Source: Oikopleura dioica
Lineage: Eukaryota; Animalia; Chordata
Assembly: GCA_907165135.1 (NCBI GenBank)
Contig: OU015566.1
Span: forward strand, 10,788,001 to 10,852,000
DNA: 64,000 nucleotides
Direction of reading: 5' to 3'
The position numbers and the translations under genes are program-made. Positions 1 through 14,237 of the stretch are shown piece after piece (position 1 is the first letter of the stretch; each line of letters begins with the position of its first letter). Under the pieces are notes generated by a model. It did no database searches. It saw only the letters and a list, made by a program, of their open reading frames with translations, and was not told the DNA's origin.

Positions 1-678
1 GAGATTTGCACGCAATTCTCCATGCTCGCCCGTGGCCTCCATGGAGTCAGTTAGAAACTTCCTGCCAAGTTCACCCATCCATACTCTCTCAACTACATCC
101 GCTAACTCCGAGACGCTGCCATACACAGTTTTACCCAACTTTACTTACTACTTCTGTAATAAAAAAACAAAGACCAGCTTTGTCAAGACGAGACACAAAA
201 ACACTGCTCTAATAATAAAAGAAAAAAGTCCGATAAATAAAATAAAAAAGTCATCATCAATTAAATCAAAAATTGAATTAATTAGTTCCAGTTATGTTCT
301 GTAAAACAAGAATCACACTATTATCTAGCTAGAATTCTACTGTACTCTTTTCATTGAAAAGATAATCAACCAAACTTACACTCGTTTATGTTTGATGCAC
401 CAATTTGTATCAGTCTTCGATTCGTAGAAATTTAGCATCTTTGCATCAAAACAAGTTTCTTTCTAGTTCGTAGAGAATTACGCATATTTAGTTATTATTA
501 TTCTTCCAGTTGCCAGAAGACGATCTTTTCATTCTACTCTAAATTATTGTTCCTTTTTAAAAACGATTAGCTCTCTACTAAATCCACTGTTTCAAGAATC
601 TGAAAGTAACTGTGTGAAACAATGAAGAAAAAGCGAAAACTGATAGATTTATCTAATTAGATTCTGATTATTTCAGAA

Positions 679-3600
679 ATGGATGGTGAGATTCCTTCCG
701 CACCGAGGCTGTGCATATTCTGCAGGCAGCCTGGCCCGCAGTATTCCATCATCAATCACAAGAAAGACAAGAACAGATCAGAAGCACATATCAGCAAAGC
801 ATGGCTCTGTGACGCCTGTTTAGGTACGAACATTATTTTATTGATAACCACGGTATCAGAATAACAAAAATGTCTCAGAGACTTCCCACGAGTCTGAGGT
901 TGATCGAGTTCTTTCAATTTGAATTTTTTGTTCTTCATAAAAAAGATCTTTTCCTATACTCCAAAGTATACTTATCCTTATCTATAAGATCATAGCATCA
1001 AAAAGAAGCAATACTTGGAGGTATTGCGACTTTAACCGAAAAGCAAGTGAACAAAAAGCAACATGAAATATTGTGGAGATCGACGGCAGATATGGGTCTC
1101 GAAAGAACTCCATCTTACAAGTGGAAAGATAAATTCAAGGGCTTCTGTTAATTTTTACGGTAGCGATATCGGCGCTCCATCTCAACAACATTTTCATGTT
1201 GCCTTTTCTTCACTTACTTTTCTGTGAAAGTGACAAAAACTCAGGGTATTATACTTTTGCTTTTTGGGAAATCGGTTTCCAGATACCGGAGGACGTTATA
1301 TAATAATTCTAAAGAGAAGAATGTATCCTTAGATATAATTACGTTCAATTAGATGAACGAATTCAGCATCGCAATATTAATCCTCTCCGCTTCAGTTAGT
1401 TTTACTTTACTCAGTTCCTACTTGCTCTTCTCCGCCAAATTACTGAAAATGAGTTTAGAAAACAACAATTTCGACGGGATTGGAAATCTAACTGCGGACG
1501 GAGAAACGGACGAGCACGGCAGACTCATGCCAAAGCCACTCTATCTTCCTAACGACAAGAGCCACATCAAATCCTGCTGGACGAGGCTCAAACTCGCCTT
1601 GGACAGTTTATATCAGGTAAGAATATCCATCGTTCTATGGTTGTTTACAAGACCTTCAGAGAATATACGAAGACAGCGAAGATGGCCTCGTAGATGCGAT
1701 CGAAAATCTTGTTGTCAGTCAAGCCGAGCTTGTTAATTGCGCTCATATATGTGCGGATGAGGATTCTGTCCAGGTAATTTTCAATTCAAAATACCAAAAA
1801 ATAACGGTTTCTTCAGCTTCTGCAAAGAATCGACGCACAAGCTCAGAAATACGTTCTTCAATGTAAACAACGTCTCATAGGTTGGTTCCAAACTTCGTTT
1901 CCTCATTTATCAACCTTCATTTATTCCATTATATTTTGTAGTTTACCGTATACATATACTGTATACGTTAGGTAGCTAGATTATTATTTGAAATTTAATA
2001 TAATTGACGACTTTGTTCCGCAGTGCAATCTCTGAGCAAAGTTCGCAAATCGGGGCAGAATCGTTTGGGACTGTCATTAGTGAACCACGCCAAACTCCCC
2101 TGGTCGGACAGCACCTTTCTCCGCCAAGCGCTCGGCTACTGGGAAAAGTACATGCTCGTCTCGCGTGCAGCCTCCATTCTGCTCCGTCCGATGGAGGAGA
2201 TCTGCAGTGTTCATTGGCAAACGCAGTCGACGTGCATCTTCCATCGCGCGATTTACGCTCACATTGACATTCAAGAACGCTTGAGAACAATCTCCAACGC
2301 TGTCCAAGTTAGTCTGGTAAGAAACTATTTTGCGATACAACACACGGATTATTTTCCAGGGCGAAGTGGCACCAGTAGACGAGCTGGACAGCTGGAACGT
2401 TCGTGGAACAATGCGTCGTTATCGCAAATTCGAGGAAGAAATGAACAAGGCCGCGAACGACCGAGATCCAGAAAACTGCCGATACCTCGACGATGTTCCT
2501 ATAGGAACGTATGGGAGAAAATCAAATTACTTGTCCAACTTTCTCACTGAAGAGTGGCACTTTTACTCGGACGAAGAAAGCACGGACGCGGATGACGAAG
2601 AGGAATCCGACTATGAGGAGGAAGAAGAGGGAAATGAAAATTTGGGACGTAGTTAAAAATTGTTTAAAACATTTCTAGTATTAGATAACAACAAGGATCT
2701 TTCAGGACAACAATTTAATTAGCTAGAGAATTCAGCGCTTATCACAAGTAAGGTCGAAAATTGACGGTTTATCTTGTCATATCGTTAAAGATTCGCCCTA
2801 TAAGATGAGTGTAATGATCGAAGACGATGATTACATTGATATTCCGTGGGATGGGCCCGAGGAAGTTTTAGACGAATTATTTTTTAACTACCACAAGCTT
2901 TTGAACGACAGCAACAGCTCCGATTGCACAGATACCTTGTCCGACGTTCTATCAGAAGAAGAAGACGAAATAGAGGAAACTGACGAGGAAGAGTTTGAAG
3001 AGGATATGGAGTCCGTCGAGAGCGAGTTTAAAAGATGATGCTTGTGCACGAGGGCCTCTCTAGAGAAGTCAGCAAGTGCCTCGAAGAATACCGTGCCGCC
3101 CAGAGCAGTGATCCCAACAGCGATGACGAGCTCCTCCAGAAACATATCAAGAGGAAGCGGCGAAGAAAACAGCTCATCAGCCAGGGTCTCAATCCAGACG
3201 ACTACGAGACTTCCTCCACAGAAACTTCGCTTTCCACCGAATCAGAAGAGCCTTTCACTTCAAGCGAAGCAGATACTGACGAAGCTATCGAAATATGGGA
3301 TAGGCTTTTAAAATCTCTTTTAAATCATTTTAAATTTTGAAATAAAGAGATAGGCTAGCGTTTTATGTCAAATTGAGAGGCCTTTTAGAAGAAAGTGTTG
3401 GAGGAAAAGTTCGCAGCCTCTTCTGGCAAAAAGGAGGCCCGCAAAATTGATGCCAAGCACAAAAAGAAGCTTGGTCTAAGCCCCGCTCCTTCGGACATTC
3501 CTAATGAACTACTCAATAACTCCCCAAAGAAAAAAGTTGCCAGTCCTGAGAAATCGACAGGCGAACTTTTCAAGAATATCGTGGAGAAGAGCAAGCTCAA

Positions 3601-5468
3601 CAAGAGCACGCCCACCAAGGACAATGGCAAATGCAAGGACAAAGCGGCGCGTCCGGTTGCCGCTGCTAATAGTAATGGGAACACGACGGTAGGGAAAGAA
3701 TTGAACATTCAAAAATATGGTTTTTTAGCCCAAGAAGGAAAGTGCCAAAAGTGAGACACATGAGCATCACACTTGTATGTCTGGTAAGTTCTTATCAATG
3801 ATCGATGATCACTTGGCGACCGACCGGTATGCGGTATCAACTGATTCCAAAACAACAAGTTTACAAATAGTCGCAGACGAAATCCTGCTGGCTATCTTAC
3901 TTTATCAATTTCAGACCACGAGGACGGCGAGCACGGGCACGATCATTTCAGCGAGCATCACCCATGCCACTGGTAAATAAACTTGAAATAAGCGATTCGG
4001 ATCGGAACAAATTCCAGTCCTGGGAGAAGGACATTAGTGAGCACGATTTTAGTGTTCATTGTGAGTTGCTCGGGAATACGCCGAATCAGAGAGGAAACTT
4101 CAGAGATGAGCAAGCAAGGGCCAGACTCAGGAAAAAGCTCGAAAAGAGAAAACAGGCATCCGGGCAGTGTGTAGAGCCAAAATGCGAGAAGATTTGTTCG
4201 AACCCAAATAATGGTGAGTTTTCTGTGAAATCATAGAGGACTACAGAAGTTAGTTTATTATCATATTTTCGAGTCGTTTGGGTGTATAAGTGACATAAAT
4301 GATCTTCTTACTTTCGCAAAAAAGTTCAGCCCACAGTTCTTGGACAGAAACTGGACGCAACTAGACGTCACGTGGTGAAGAATTCACACCTTTTCCCATA
4401 AAGCTGCGCTAAGCTTTCCGAGACAATTGCACAAAAATTACAATATCTCTGTAACAGAGAGAATTCTAAAAAAATAAAGCATGGGCGCCTGGGTTTTCGA
4501 TGATCAATTTTTCTCGGATCTTTTGCGATCTACGGGTATAATTAATCCGTTCCACGTAAAACTCATTCAACTGGCGGGAATGAAATAAGTAATGATTATT
4601 TAGCGTCATCGAGACAGCAAGGGGATGAATCGTCATCACCGACGTTGAGCTCGAGATCGACCGTAAGCAGCCAGAAAGATAGTCGGACTGGGACGCCACA
4701 GGCAAAGACTGCGAAGAGAATGCCTTTCAGCTTCAGCACGGCCATGGATTTGCGGCCAGTTCGTAGTTCCACATCGTCCAAAAATATCGAAACATGCGTA
4801 AGAGTCGTGATTCTCAGACTTTTTGCTATCAGTTTCTTTAGGATGGCGACTATGACGGCAAACGCGAATGGATAGATTGCGCTTATGAAGATATTCTAAA
4901 CATGTGTCAAGAGAAAAAGCTGAAAAACACTCCGACAAATGCCTCCCTCAACTCAGTCCAGAGTTGGCTGCGTACGGCGATCAAAGATCGTCTCGACGCG
5001 CAGAAAGATGCGAAAGACAAAATGCCTGTGCACCAGATTATCGCAGAAGAAGTTATTGCTGCAGAGGAAGCTGAGAAAAAAGCGGAAGAGGCAAAAAGAT
5101 TGAAGAAAAAGAAGAAGAAACAAGCAGCAAAGCAGCGCAAAGAAGAACTGAAGAAGCAGGAAGAGGCGAAATTGGAAGCGGAACGAAGAGCGAAGCAAAA
5201 GATCGAAGAAGAAGAGGCCGAGCGCCGGGCACAAGAGAAGCGAGAGGAAGAAGAGATGGAAAATGTCTTCACTCCGGTCGACAACATCGAGGGGCTGGAC
5301 CCCGATGATAGAGATGTCGAGAGCTTCAAGAAATTCTGCCTAGGTGAGATCCTTTACATGTACATGATCTCTTTGCTAACTTTTCTTTCAGAATTCGTCC
5401 CAAAGTTCCCACGACTCAAGATTCCTCTTCAAAGTCTCAACCTCCCACCACTTGTCGTCCCACAATAG
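679..5468 (+). CDS. FAM193A: FAM193A-like protein (multi-exon)
   Basis: N-terminal CxxC...WLCxxC motif (LCIFCRQ...AWLCDAC). Helical block SCWTRLKLALDSLYQ / LLQRIDAQAQKYVLQCKQRLI / MRRYRKFEEEMNK. ARARLRKKLEKRK motif, Lys/Glu coiled coil, and C-terminal VFTPVDNIEGLDPDDRDVESFKKFCL matching the FAM193 C-terminal signature as recalled. Joining of the 679-1330 exons to the rest is uncertain, and there is a frame break at ~3031-3038. Confidence 0.7.
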
Positions 5469-6050
5469 GAAGACTCTTCTTTTCATGCCACCAGCAAAAT
5501 TCACCATCCATCTCAATTTCAAAATTCTGCTTTTCCATTTCTTTTTTTTTCTTTCAGTTACATTACAATTCCAAAATTTTCATCTTGACTACAGCACTTT
5601 CTTCTTCGATCTGAATATCTATTTATTCAAGCCTAACAGTATAAATGCGACTCGTACTCTAATATGCTAAGAGCGGTTAGACTATTCATCTATTAATTTG
5701 ATCAGTTTAGAATTAAAGAGACCAAAATTATTTATACAGTACTGATTGTCCAAATCAGTCAAGTACATTGCTAAGTTACACCATGTCCAAATGTAATATA
5801 TGCCCTACTGAAAGTGCTCAAGCTTCCTTATCTCCTTCAATTTAAACAAACAGTATGAATAAAAATTTTGAATACCTTCAATTAAAAGAAAAATAATGAG
5901 CGACAGTAAGTGACCCGAACAGTGAGTGTTAAATCGTGTTCATGTGCCTTACTGTGTGTTTTGCAACTTCAAAGTATTTTCTTTGCGATCATGAAAATAT
6001 TAATACCGAGAACTCAACTCAGGAATTATTGTTTCAGTAATGAGCTTGTA

Positions 6051-9000
6051 ATGGATCAACGAGCAGTTCAACAACTTTTGCTCCAGCAGCTTCAATCTAC
6101 TGGAGCTTCTGAAGAGGCGCAATCTGTTCCTCAACCAGAGCTCAACAGCCTGGCTCTCCAAGCGCGTCACTGGGCCGTAGCTCAGCAGCGAAAACAAGAA
6201 TACGATGAGCAACAGCGACAGCAGCAAGCGCAATGGGAAGCTCAAAAGCAGCGTCAGGAGTATCAGCGTCAAATGCAACTCCAACAGCAGCAGCAACAAC
6301 AAAGAAATCATCAAAATCGGGGTGGAATGTGGCCTAATCACCAGGACCAGCATCAGCAGTACCAGCCTCGAGGATTTAATGGCAACCATTCATATCAACA
6401 ACGCCCAAGACATGGAGGAAATCATCCCGGAAGAGGCAATTACCAGCAGAATCACCAGCAACAGAATCAGCCTCGCTTTCAAAATACCCCTCGCTTTGAG
6501 CCGCAATTCAATCCACAAAGACACAATGCTCCCACTCAGCGACGACCAAGTCATAATAACTCTTACTCTCAGAATCGCCCGACTCCGCAAAGAAATCAAA
6601 TTCCAAAGGATCTAACTGCCGATCCTGATCAGGCGAAAAACTTGCCCAAGTGGATGAAAGAAGAAATCGCACGAATTCAGTCGACAAAGCCAGTTGAGGA
6701 CCTAAAAGAAATGGAAACGCACCAAAACGAAGACCTTCAGAAGCTTGCTGACGCTAGTTCTGATGAAAATGAAGAAGAAGAGGAAGAAGATTGGAAAGAA
6801 GAAGTTCGAAAATTATCGAAAGATCAACAGGGTAACTTCATGAGAAGCATGAATGCTTTTTTAATTGATTTTTTAGAATCCGATCCAGAATTGTCTGACT
6901 CAGAAGATGTCCTCATTCGTAAGTTAACCCCGGAACAAATCCAGGATGTCAAGGTAACGTGAGTAACTGGTCGTTATCTTCCCTGTTGAATTACAGACTG
7001 ATATTCTACGCTCTTCTCTTCAAAACATTCTCCTTTCGGTAACGGATGATTTTATCGGTAAAATTTGTCGCAACGCTCTCAGCCGAGGTAGGTCATTTTT
7101 TCGTAGCAGCTGAGCTACTTGAATGATGGAGATGAAAGCTTGATTTCAGCCAGCTCGGGGCAAAACACCTCTAAAAGCCAAAATTCGGCAGGGTTAGGTG
7201 GACTGATGGGTTACGGTAAGTTCAAACCACCACTATTTCCATTTATCCACCAACAATCACCGAGTTTACGTTTTTGCGACTATCATCCTTATTGACTATT
7301 TTGTCTCGGCTCTTCTATGATGATTTTCTAGGCTCCGGCTCCTCGGATGACTCTGATGATGAGGAGTCTGATAAAAATGACTCCGACTGGTCCGTCGACT
7401 CTGAAAAAATCCGTAAAAAGCGCAAAATCTTTGATCGTGAGCAAAGAAAGCGACTTAAGCAATTCAACATAGGTAGGAGAGACTATCCAGAGTAGCATGT
7501 AAAACAGAGAGAGTGAGGGTTAACATGAACTTGTCTTGATCGACAATCAGTAGCAGTTCAGTACCCATAGGACGGAAAAAATCCAAATTTGAAAAAAACT
7601 TTTTTTTTGGAACTTCAATTTTTCATTGCTACCATCGAATTCCCCATATTTGAAAACCTAGAAAAAAATTATTTGTTTAGACAGGAGGTCTTCTAAATCT
7701 TTTCTAACTATTATTTAAAAGAGCAAAAATGCCCTTCAGGAAAAGCTTCTTTTGAGAGGGTTGCCGGATTTTTTCTTTTGATTTCTTTATTGGTTCATCA
7801 AGAGACAAATCTAGGACAGTCGGCAAACCAAAGAAAATAAGAAAGTTTCGATGTCTTCATGCTTAAAATAGGCATTTAAAAACGTGAAATTCGTCAAAAA
7901 CAACGAGAAACGTGAAAAAACGCTGGACGGTCAGTAATCGGCATTCTATTGAGCAAAAAAAGTCGAACAAGTCAAAGGGAAGATATTTCGATATAAATGC
8001 CTATCGAAATATATTTATATATATTAATCTTTTAGATCTCCTCTTTCAATATACACAGATTCGACTATTTCGCCTTTTTTCAATCAAATGAATTATCTAG
8101 GCTTCTTCGAAACCCAGCACGACTAATTTTTCAAGAAAATTATTATTTTTGAATGCTTAAAAATAACCATTTATTTCAAAGATGGTCAAAATCTTGGGGC
8201 CTCCAGTCTGATTTTTCTCGTGCTGGTTCAAATAGAGTCACTTATCATGTGCACAAAATTTCATGCGTTTTGAAGTGCAGCGCGACTATTAAAAGTATAA
8301 ATTATTAGATAAGCTTTTATCAGCGCTAGAATCTGATTTTTTCGAGCCTCCAAGCTAATTCCTCTTAACCGAAGTTTGGTTACTGTCAGGTACCCGCATG
8401 CAAAATTTCATACAATTCGAGACGCAGCGCGACCCTTTTTGACTTAATTGTATCGAAATTTTATAAAAATAGCCATTTATAAGTAAGTTTTGGCCCTAGA
8501 ATCCGATTTTTAAAGGCCTCCAATCTAATTTTTGGAAAGCGAAGTAAACTGAGTACATTCTATCATATTGCAAAATTTCAATCGATTTGAGGCGCAGCGC
8601 GACCATTTTTTTACAAAAAATTTAAAGAAATAGGCATTTATAATTTTATTTTGGCCCGAGGATCAAAATTTGGAGGGCCTCCAACCCAATTTCTCTCAAG
8701 CGTGGTAAAATGAGTGTTTTCTATCTGTCTACAAAATTTTAATCGATTTGAGACGCAGCGCGATCAATTTTCTTTGATAACTTACTTTATAGTGGTTATA
8801 ATTATTATTTTTTGTAAAAAAATGGTCGCGCTGCGCCTCAAATCGATTGAAATTTTGCAATATGATAGAATGTACTCAGTTTACTTCGCTTTCCAAAAAT
8901 TAGATTGGAGGCCTTTAAAAATCGGATTCTAGGGCCAAAACTTACTTATAAATGGCTATTTTTATAAAATTTCGATACAATTAAGTCAAAAAGGGTCGCG

Positions 9001-10363
9001 CTGCGTCTCGAATTGTATGAAATTTTGCATGCGGGTACCTGACAGTAACCAAACTTCGGTTAAGAGGAATTAGCTTGGAGGCTCGAAAAAATCAGATTCT
9101 AGCGCTGATAAAAGCTTATCTAATAATTTATACTTTTAATAGTCGCGCTGCACTTCAAAACGCATGAAATTTTGTGCACATGATAAGTGACTCTATTTGA
9201 ACCAGCACGAGAAAAATCAGACTGGAGGCCCCAAGATTTTGACCATCTTTGAAATAAATGGTTATTTTTAAGCATTCAAAAATAATAATTTTCTTGAAAA
9301 ATTAGTCGTGCTGGGTTTCGAAGAAGCCTAGATAATTCATTTGATTGAAAAAAGGCGAAATAGTCGAATCTGTGTATATTGAAAGAGGAGATCTAAAAGA
9401 TTAATATATATAAATATATTTCGATAGGCATTTATATCGAAATATCTTCCCTTTGACTTGTTCGACTTTTTTTGCTCAATAGAATGCCGATTACTGACCG
9501 TCCAGCGTTTTTTCACGTTTCTCGTTGTTTTTGACGAATTTCACGTTTTTAAATGCCTATTTTAAGCATGAAGACATCGAAACTTTCTTATTTTCTTTGG
9601 TTTGCCGACTGTCCTAGACTTGTCTCTTGATGAACCAATAAAGAAATCAAAAGAAAAAATCCGGCAACCCTCTCAAAAGAAGCTTTTCCTGAAGGGCATT
9701 TTTGCTCTTTTAAATAATAGTTAGAAAAGATTTAGAAGACCTCCTGTCTAAACAAATAATTTTTTTCTAGGTTTTCAAATATGGGGAATTCGATGGTAGC
9801 AATGAAAAATTGAAGTTCCAAAAAAAAAGTTTTTTTCAAATTTGGATTTTTTCCGTCCATATGACTGTCAGATGAGACAGAGGGTAGCAAGATTGAATTT
9901 TTTAACAGTTTTTGTAGGGTCGGAGGATAGCTCAAGTACAGACGATGAATCTCAGGAATGGTTTTTGGAAGATACGATAAGCATTTAAAAGATTATCAAC
10001 TTCAATGTGGTAAAGTTGGGATTCCACGTTAATTTCAACCAAAAACCGAGCAAAAGGAATCATCGAGGTACTCATCCCCGGCCCGTAGACGACAGCGCAC
10101 GCGTTCTCGCTCACGGTCGAGATCTCGTTCTAAAAAGAGCTCCAAAAAGGACCGCAAGCGCTCTAGGCGCAGTAGATCTCGCAGTAATTCGAGGTCTAAC
10201 CGCGATTACAGGGAGAAAAAGGCACGCGAGGCACTGGTTTCAATGTTTTCTAGAGTTTCTAGAGTATTATTTGTTAGTTAATTCGTGGAATTTCATGTCA
10301 TTAGTTTTAACGCAACAAATCGATTTTGAAACCGGAACTAAGAGAAAATCTCGGCGGCACTGA
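6051..10363 (+). CDS. PNISR: PNN-interacting serine/arginine-rich protein (PNISR/SFRS18)-like
   Basis: Q-rich N-terminus with WAVAQQRK. AKNLPKWMKEEIARI motif, GLGGLMGYG/SGSSDDSD block and C-terminal RSRSRSRS tract (~10050-10230). The intron 7473-9917 holds the palindromic element. The 3' end is approximate. Confidence 0.72.
7570..9858. mobile_element. Foldback-type non-autonomous DNA transposon, 2289 bp, with 1052-bp inverted arms
   Basis: 7570-8621 is the near-perfect reverse complement of 8807-9858 (termini GGACGGAAAAAATCC...GGATTTTTTCCGTCC). Spacer is 185 bp, and ATA flanks both ends (7567-7569, 9859-9861; putative 3-bp TSD). No transposase ORF. Confidence 0.9.
8150..8800 (+). repeat. Degenerate ~160-175 bp tandem subrepeats inside the foldback
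   Basis: The motif CAAAATTT(C/T)A...TGAG(A/G)CGCAGCGCGA recurs at ~8255, ~8400, ~8571 and ~8732, and is mirrored in the right arm. Confidence 0.75.
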
Positions 10364-10635
10364 ATTGGTAAAAATTCTTTTTTTGTAAAAAATACTGTTG
10401 GGCATTATTTATCCTAAGTCACTTCAAAAGTCAATTTTCAAAGTAAAAACGCGGCATTCTAAAGAATCATACAAAAATCACATTTTTCCTTTAGGATTTA
10501 TTCATTTTGGTAGAAATAATTTAATATCAACTTTCACCTGCTCACATGTAACTAAACTCAATTTACAGATCTTTAACAAAGTGTAACGATTTAACTGTTT
10601 TCAGATGGCTTGAATAAGACTCGAACAGGACGTAA

Positions 10636-13142
10636 ATGACAATATATGGCCAGGGTCCGCAGACTGTGAGAGTCGGCGGACACGTTTACGCCGTCAATAT
10701 CACCAAAAGCCAGATGGAAGCGCGGAATATCGACAGAGAGCGAGCGCGCCAGCTCAGGTAAGATAACTCAATTAGGAACGGGTTGTGATTGTGCTCTTTC
10801 TAGTCGGGAAACATCACGGAGGCGGCGCGCTTTGCAAGACCGCCGAGCTCAGATGGAAGCCAAAGAGGAAGCCGCCCGTAAATCTGAACTGCAAAAGCGT
10901 CGAGAACGCCAGCGTGATGTGACCGAGCGATACCAGCGTGGAATGATCCCCATGCGCCGTCGATTTGGTTCGCCGCTACTGCAGAAGAGCTACACCGCTC
11001 CGGAACTCAATGTACAGCAGAATTTACACAGTTTGTCTGACACCCGCTTCCAAAGTCCCTTTGCTTCTGGCCGAAAAGATTTAACAGAAGAAGATGCCAT
11101 CAAAGCTGCTCAATCGAGAAAAGCTTATTTCGACAATCTGACTAAGCGCGCTAGAACTCCTTCGGCGACGAAAAGAGAAGAGATCCCGAATCCGATGCCA
11201 AGCTCAAGACAAGCAGCAGTGCGACGAAGGCATTCACAAGAAGTTCAGGAGCTTTCTGATTTCGTTCCGAAGCCACCTCTCTATCCAAAGCCTAAATCAG
11301 CATGGAATGATTCCGATCGTCGCGTTCCACCAGAAGAAGATTCCTATAAAGATGCCTCGGTAGAAGATGAAATCGACGAGGTAGAGGATTCATCAGACGA
11401 TGATCAAGCAGAATCAATCGAGGATGAAACGATTCAAGAAACGAATGAAAACGAAACCTTTGATGTCGAGCCAGAAAAAGCTCACCTCGTTATCAACCGC
11501 TGCTCAACCCCAGAAGTGGAGGATGCGCCTGTGAAAATCGTCAAGCCAGCTCCACCAGTAACAGTGACAGCGACAGTTCAAGTCCCATCGCCTCCGAATG
11601 GAAGCAGACCTAACGCAGTCGATCCGAGGAAGCAAAATTTGTTGAAGAAGCTCTCTGACTCATCTATAAAGGCTGAATCAGTTATTGAATTCAACTCAAT
11701 GTCGAGGATCAACGAGACTGTTGAGGAGGTTCCGAAAGTGACAGCTATACAGCCAAAAGGTATTTCCTCCTTGTTTTCATCAGCTTGATTTTTTAGGAAT
11801 TCTGAAAAAGAAGAGGTCTCAGAGAAGAGTCGTTTCAGCAGCAGGAAATCGTGGCATCATCGCAGCATCAATTCGGGACTCATTGGAGATGTCGAAAAAA
11901 GCTGTCGAGGATGAAAAAGTGGAGGCTCCAAGAAACGTGCGATGGGACAAGCTGTATTACAACGTAAGTTCTTTCAGCTGAAACTATCAATAATGGCTTC
12001 AGGATAACACAACCGCTGAATTTGGTGCTGATGGTAAAGCAGTAACAGCCGAAGAAAAGACTAAGAAAAAGAATCCCCGTCGAGTCAAGCTGAAAAACTC
12101 GAAGAGTTCGATCGACAAGAAGAGCTCGACGAAATCAAGCTCGCCGAGTTCAAAAGCACCGTCAAAAGTGAAGAAAGCAAAGAAGGCGCCAAAAGTGACC
12201 GTTACTCCTCAACCGCCTCCATCGCAAATGCAATCTTATCATTCTGGTAACTCTTTATTACTGAAATTTTTGCTCATTTCGTTTAGCTTATTCAGTGACA
12301 CCGTTCCCATCATCAGGCACTCAGCTTAAAACTGACTATCCTCAGTACCAACCAGCACCTCCCAAAGTCCCTCGACCAGATCCAGTCTCGAGAACGCCAA
12401 TGCCACCGACAGTTCCTAAGCCGTTGATTTCAAGGACACAGATTTTGAGAACGAAGAAAACAGCCCCTGTGACGAATCCAGTTAAAGTCATGCACCCGAA
12501 GCAGTCCAGGCCTGATCAGCGAATGATGATTAACTCCAACAATCAGGTAAGAAAGTGGCTTGTCTTCCTTGATTTTCATTTGAATTTTAGACCAATATCA
12601 ATATCGGAAGTGTAGAAATCTCACCAGAACCTGCTCTCAACCGAACTCCAACTGATAATGTATGCTCTTTCATGTCTAAAAAGGCATTAAATTTTACTTT
12701 CAGGATATCAACTGGCTCTGGGAGCGAGTACGAGCCGTGCTAGAAAGTCAGCAACAAAAACGACCAAAGAGTTCAACGGTTTACCGACCAAAACCATCGA
12801 GTAATCCAACAATGTCCAAGACCCGTCCGCATTCTGGTAAGCATTAGATCTGAGAAACTTTTCTGTAGAACACTTTTCTAGCGCATGTTCTTGATTCCAA
12901 CCAAGCCTTCCTCGTAGCTGAGCATTTGGCGCAGCAGGGTATTCCCAACGATCGAATAATGACCGTGTTGAATCCAGCTACGACGACAATCTCGATGGAA
13001 GAAGCACAGATTGAGCAGTCGCTTCAGAGACTTGATGAAAGACTACATAACATCCAAGGTACAAAATCCTATAAAAACTTTCTCTAACAAAGCACTAGAA
13101 AACGTAGGATACAACGGTATCGTCTTCCACAATCGCCATTGA
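10636..13142 (+). CDS. CEP126: CEP126/KIAA1377-like coiled-coil protein (multi-exon)
   Basis: N-terminal ARQL...RRRALQDRRAQMEAKEE...RQRDVTERYQR coiled coil. GILKK and IRDSLEMSK...VRWD motifs, and C-terminal ISMEEAQIEQSLQRLDERL, all resembling CEP126 motifs as recalled. Confidence 0.55.
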
Positions 13143-13273
13143 ACCTGAATCTTTTGAAAAATGTCCCTTCAACAACAAAATGTGCCTTTTTTCTCAAATG
13201 CTTCCAATTCAACAAATAATGTTTATGTTTATAAGTTCTATTCTTCCCTCTGTCAATACGACAATCTTTATTT

Positions 13274-14237
13274 TTATACACACAGATTTTTAATAATAAT
13301 AAATTTATTTATTTTATAAAACCGAAAGTTATTTTTGTGAACGTTCGAAAATAGCTTGAGAAAATTGTTTCTCTTGTTGCAGGTCTCAATTATATACCAT
13401 GATTGCCAAGCGAAGCAGAAAAATATGGGGCCAAAATTAAAGCTCATGAAAGATTCTTGATCAAAGCGCTTGAGAAGCCTTAAAATGCTCAATTTGCGCT
13501 GCTCTGCCAGTTTTTATAGATTTACCATTCAATCCTAACCAGGAATTGTGCCAACAAAAAAATTTGAGTACCAAAAACATTTCGAAAAATCTAACTTGAG
13601 GGGCGGGAATGGTTGTTTGGATGGCTATGTAAAAATGTGAAAAATTTAACAAAGGCGTTGCGAAATAGCCGAAATATGGACCGGAAGGTGTTCGCATTTG
13701 TGTTTCCGTGAAGTCGGACATTCCGGCTTCGATTTCTTGTGGAACTTTTGGCGGCCATAGAAAGTTGTATATAAAGATGCCTAATATTCACGCTAGACAG
13801 ACAGGTGGGCCCAAAACCGAGATGAAACCAGGTGCTTGAGGAAACCAACGCCTTCCAAAATTGTATAATCGCTTCCGTTATTTCTCCCACAACCGGCGAA
13901 ATGATTTGCGCGTTTACAAATCCACGAAAATCGCGTAATTTCTGAATATGGCGCCCGCGATATAACTTTTCAAATCTCGCCTAAATCCATCCTGATCCTT
14001 GTCGTTTTCGAATAACGGGCGTCTTACGAATTGATGCCATATTTTTAATATTCAAATGCGAAGGAGGTAATTACAGTTCTTTCGGAACAGCCAAACATTC
14101 GCAAAGCTTCCCTAAATAAAGATAAGCGCTTCCAAAATCAAATCCAAATTTCCATGTCAAAACAAAGTACGCTTCTCGCGAACTTGGCAAGTGAAGATGA
14201 TTGTTGTTTTTGGTAGGCTCGAGATTTCCGAATTCAT
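13274..14237 (-). CDS. Hypothetical multi-exon protein, Cys-containing, family not recognised
   Basis: Short exons can be joined (some only through non-GT donors) into ...KLCECLAVPKELRPLFEND...ITRFSWICKRANHFAGCG...ECPTSRKHKCEHL. No known motif recognised. Confidence 0.22.
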
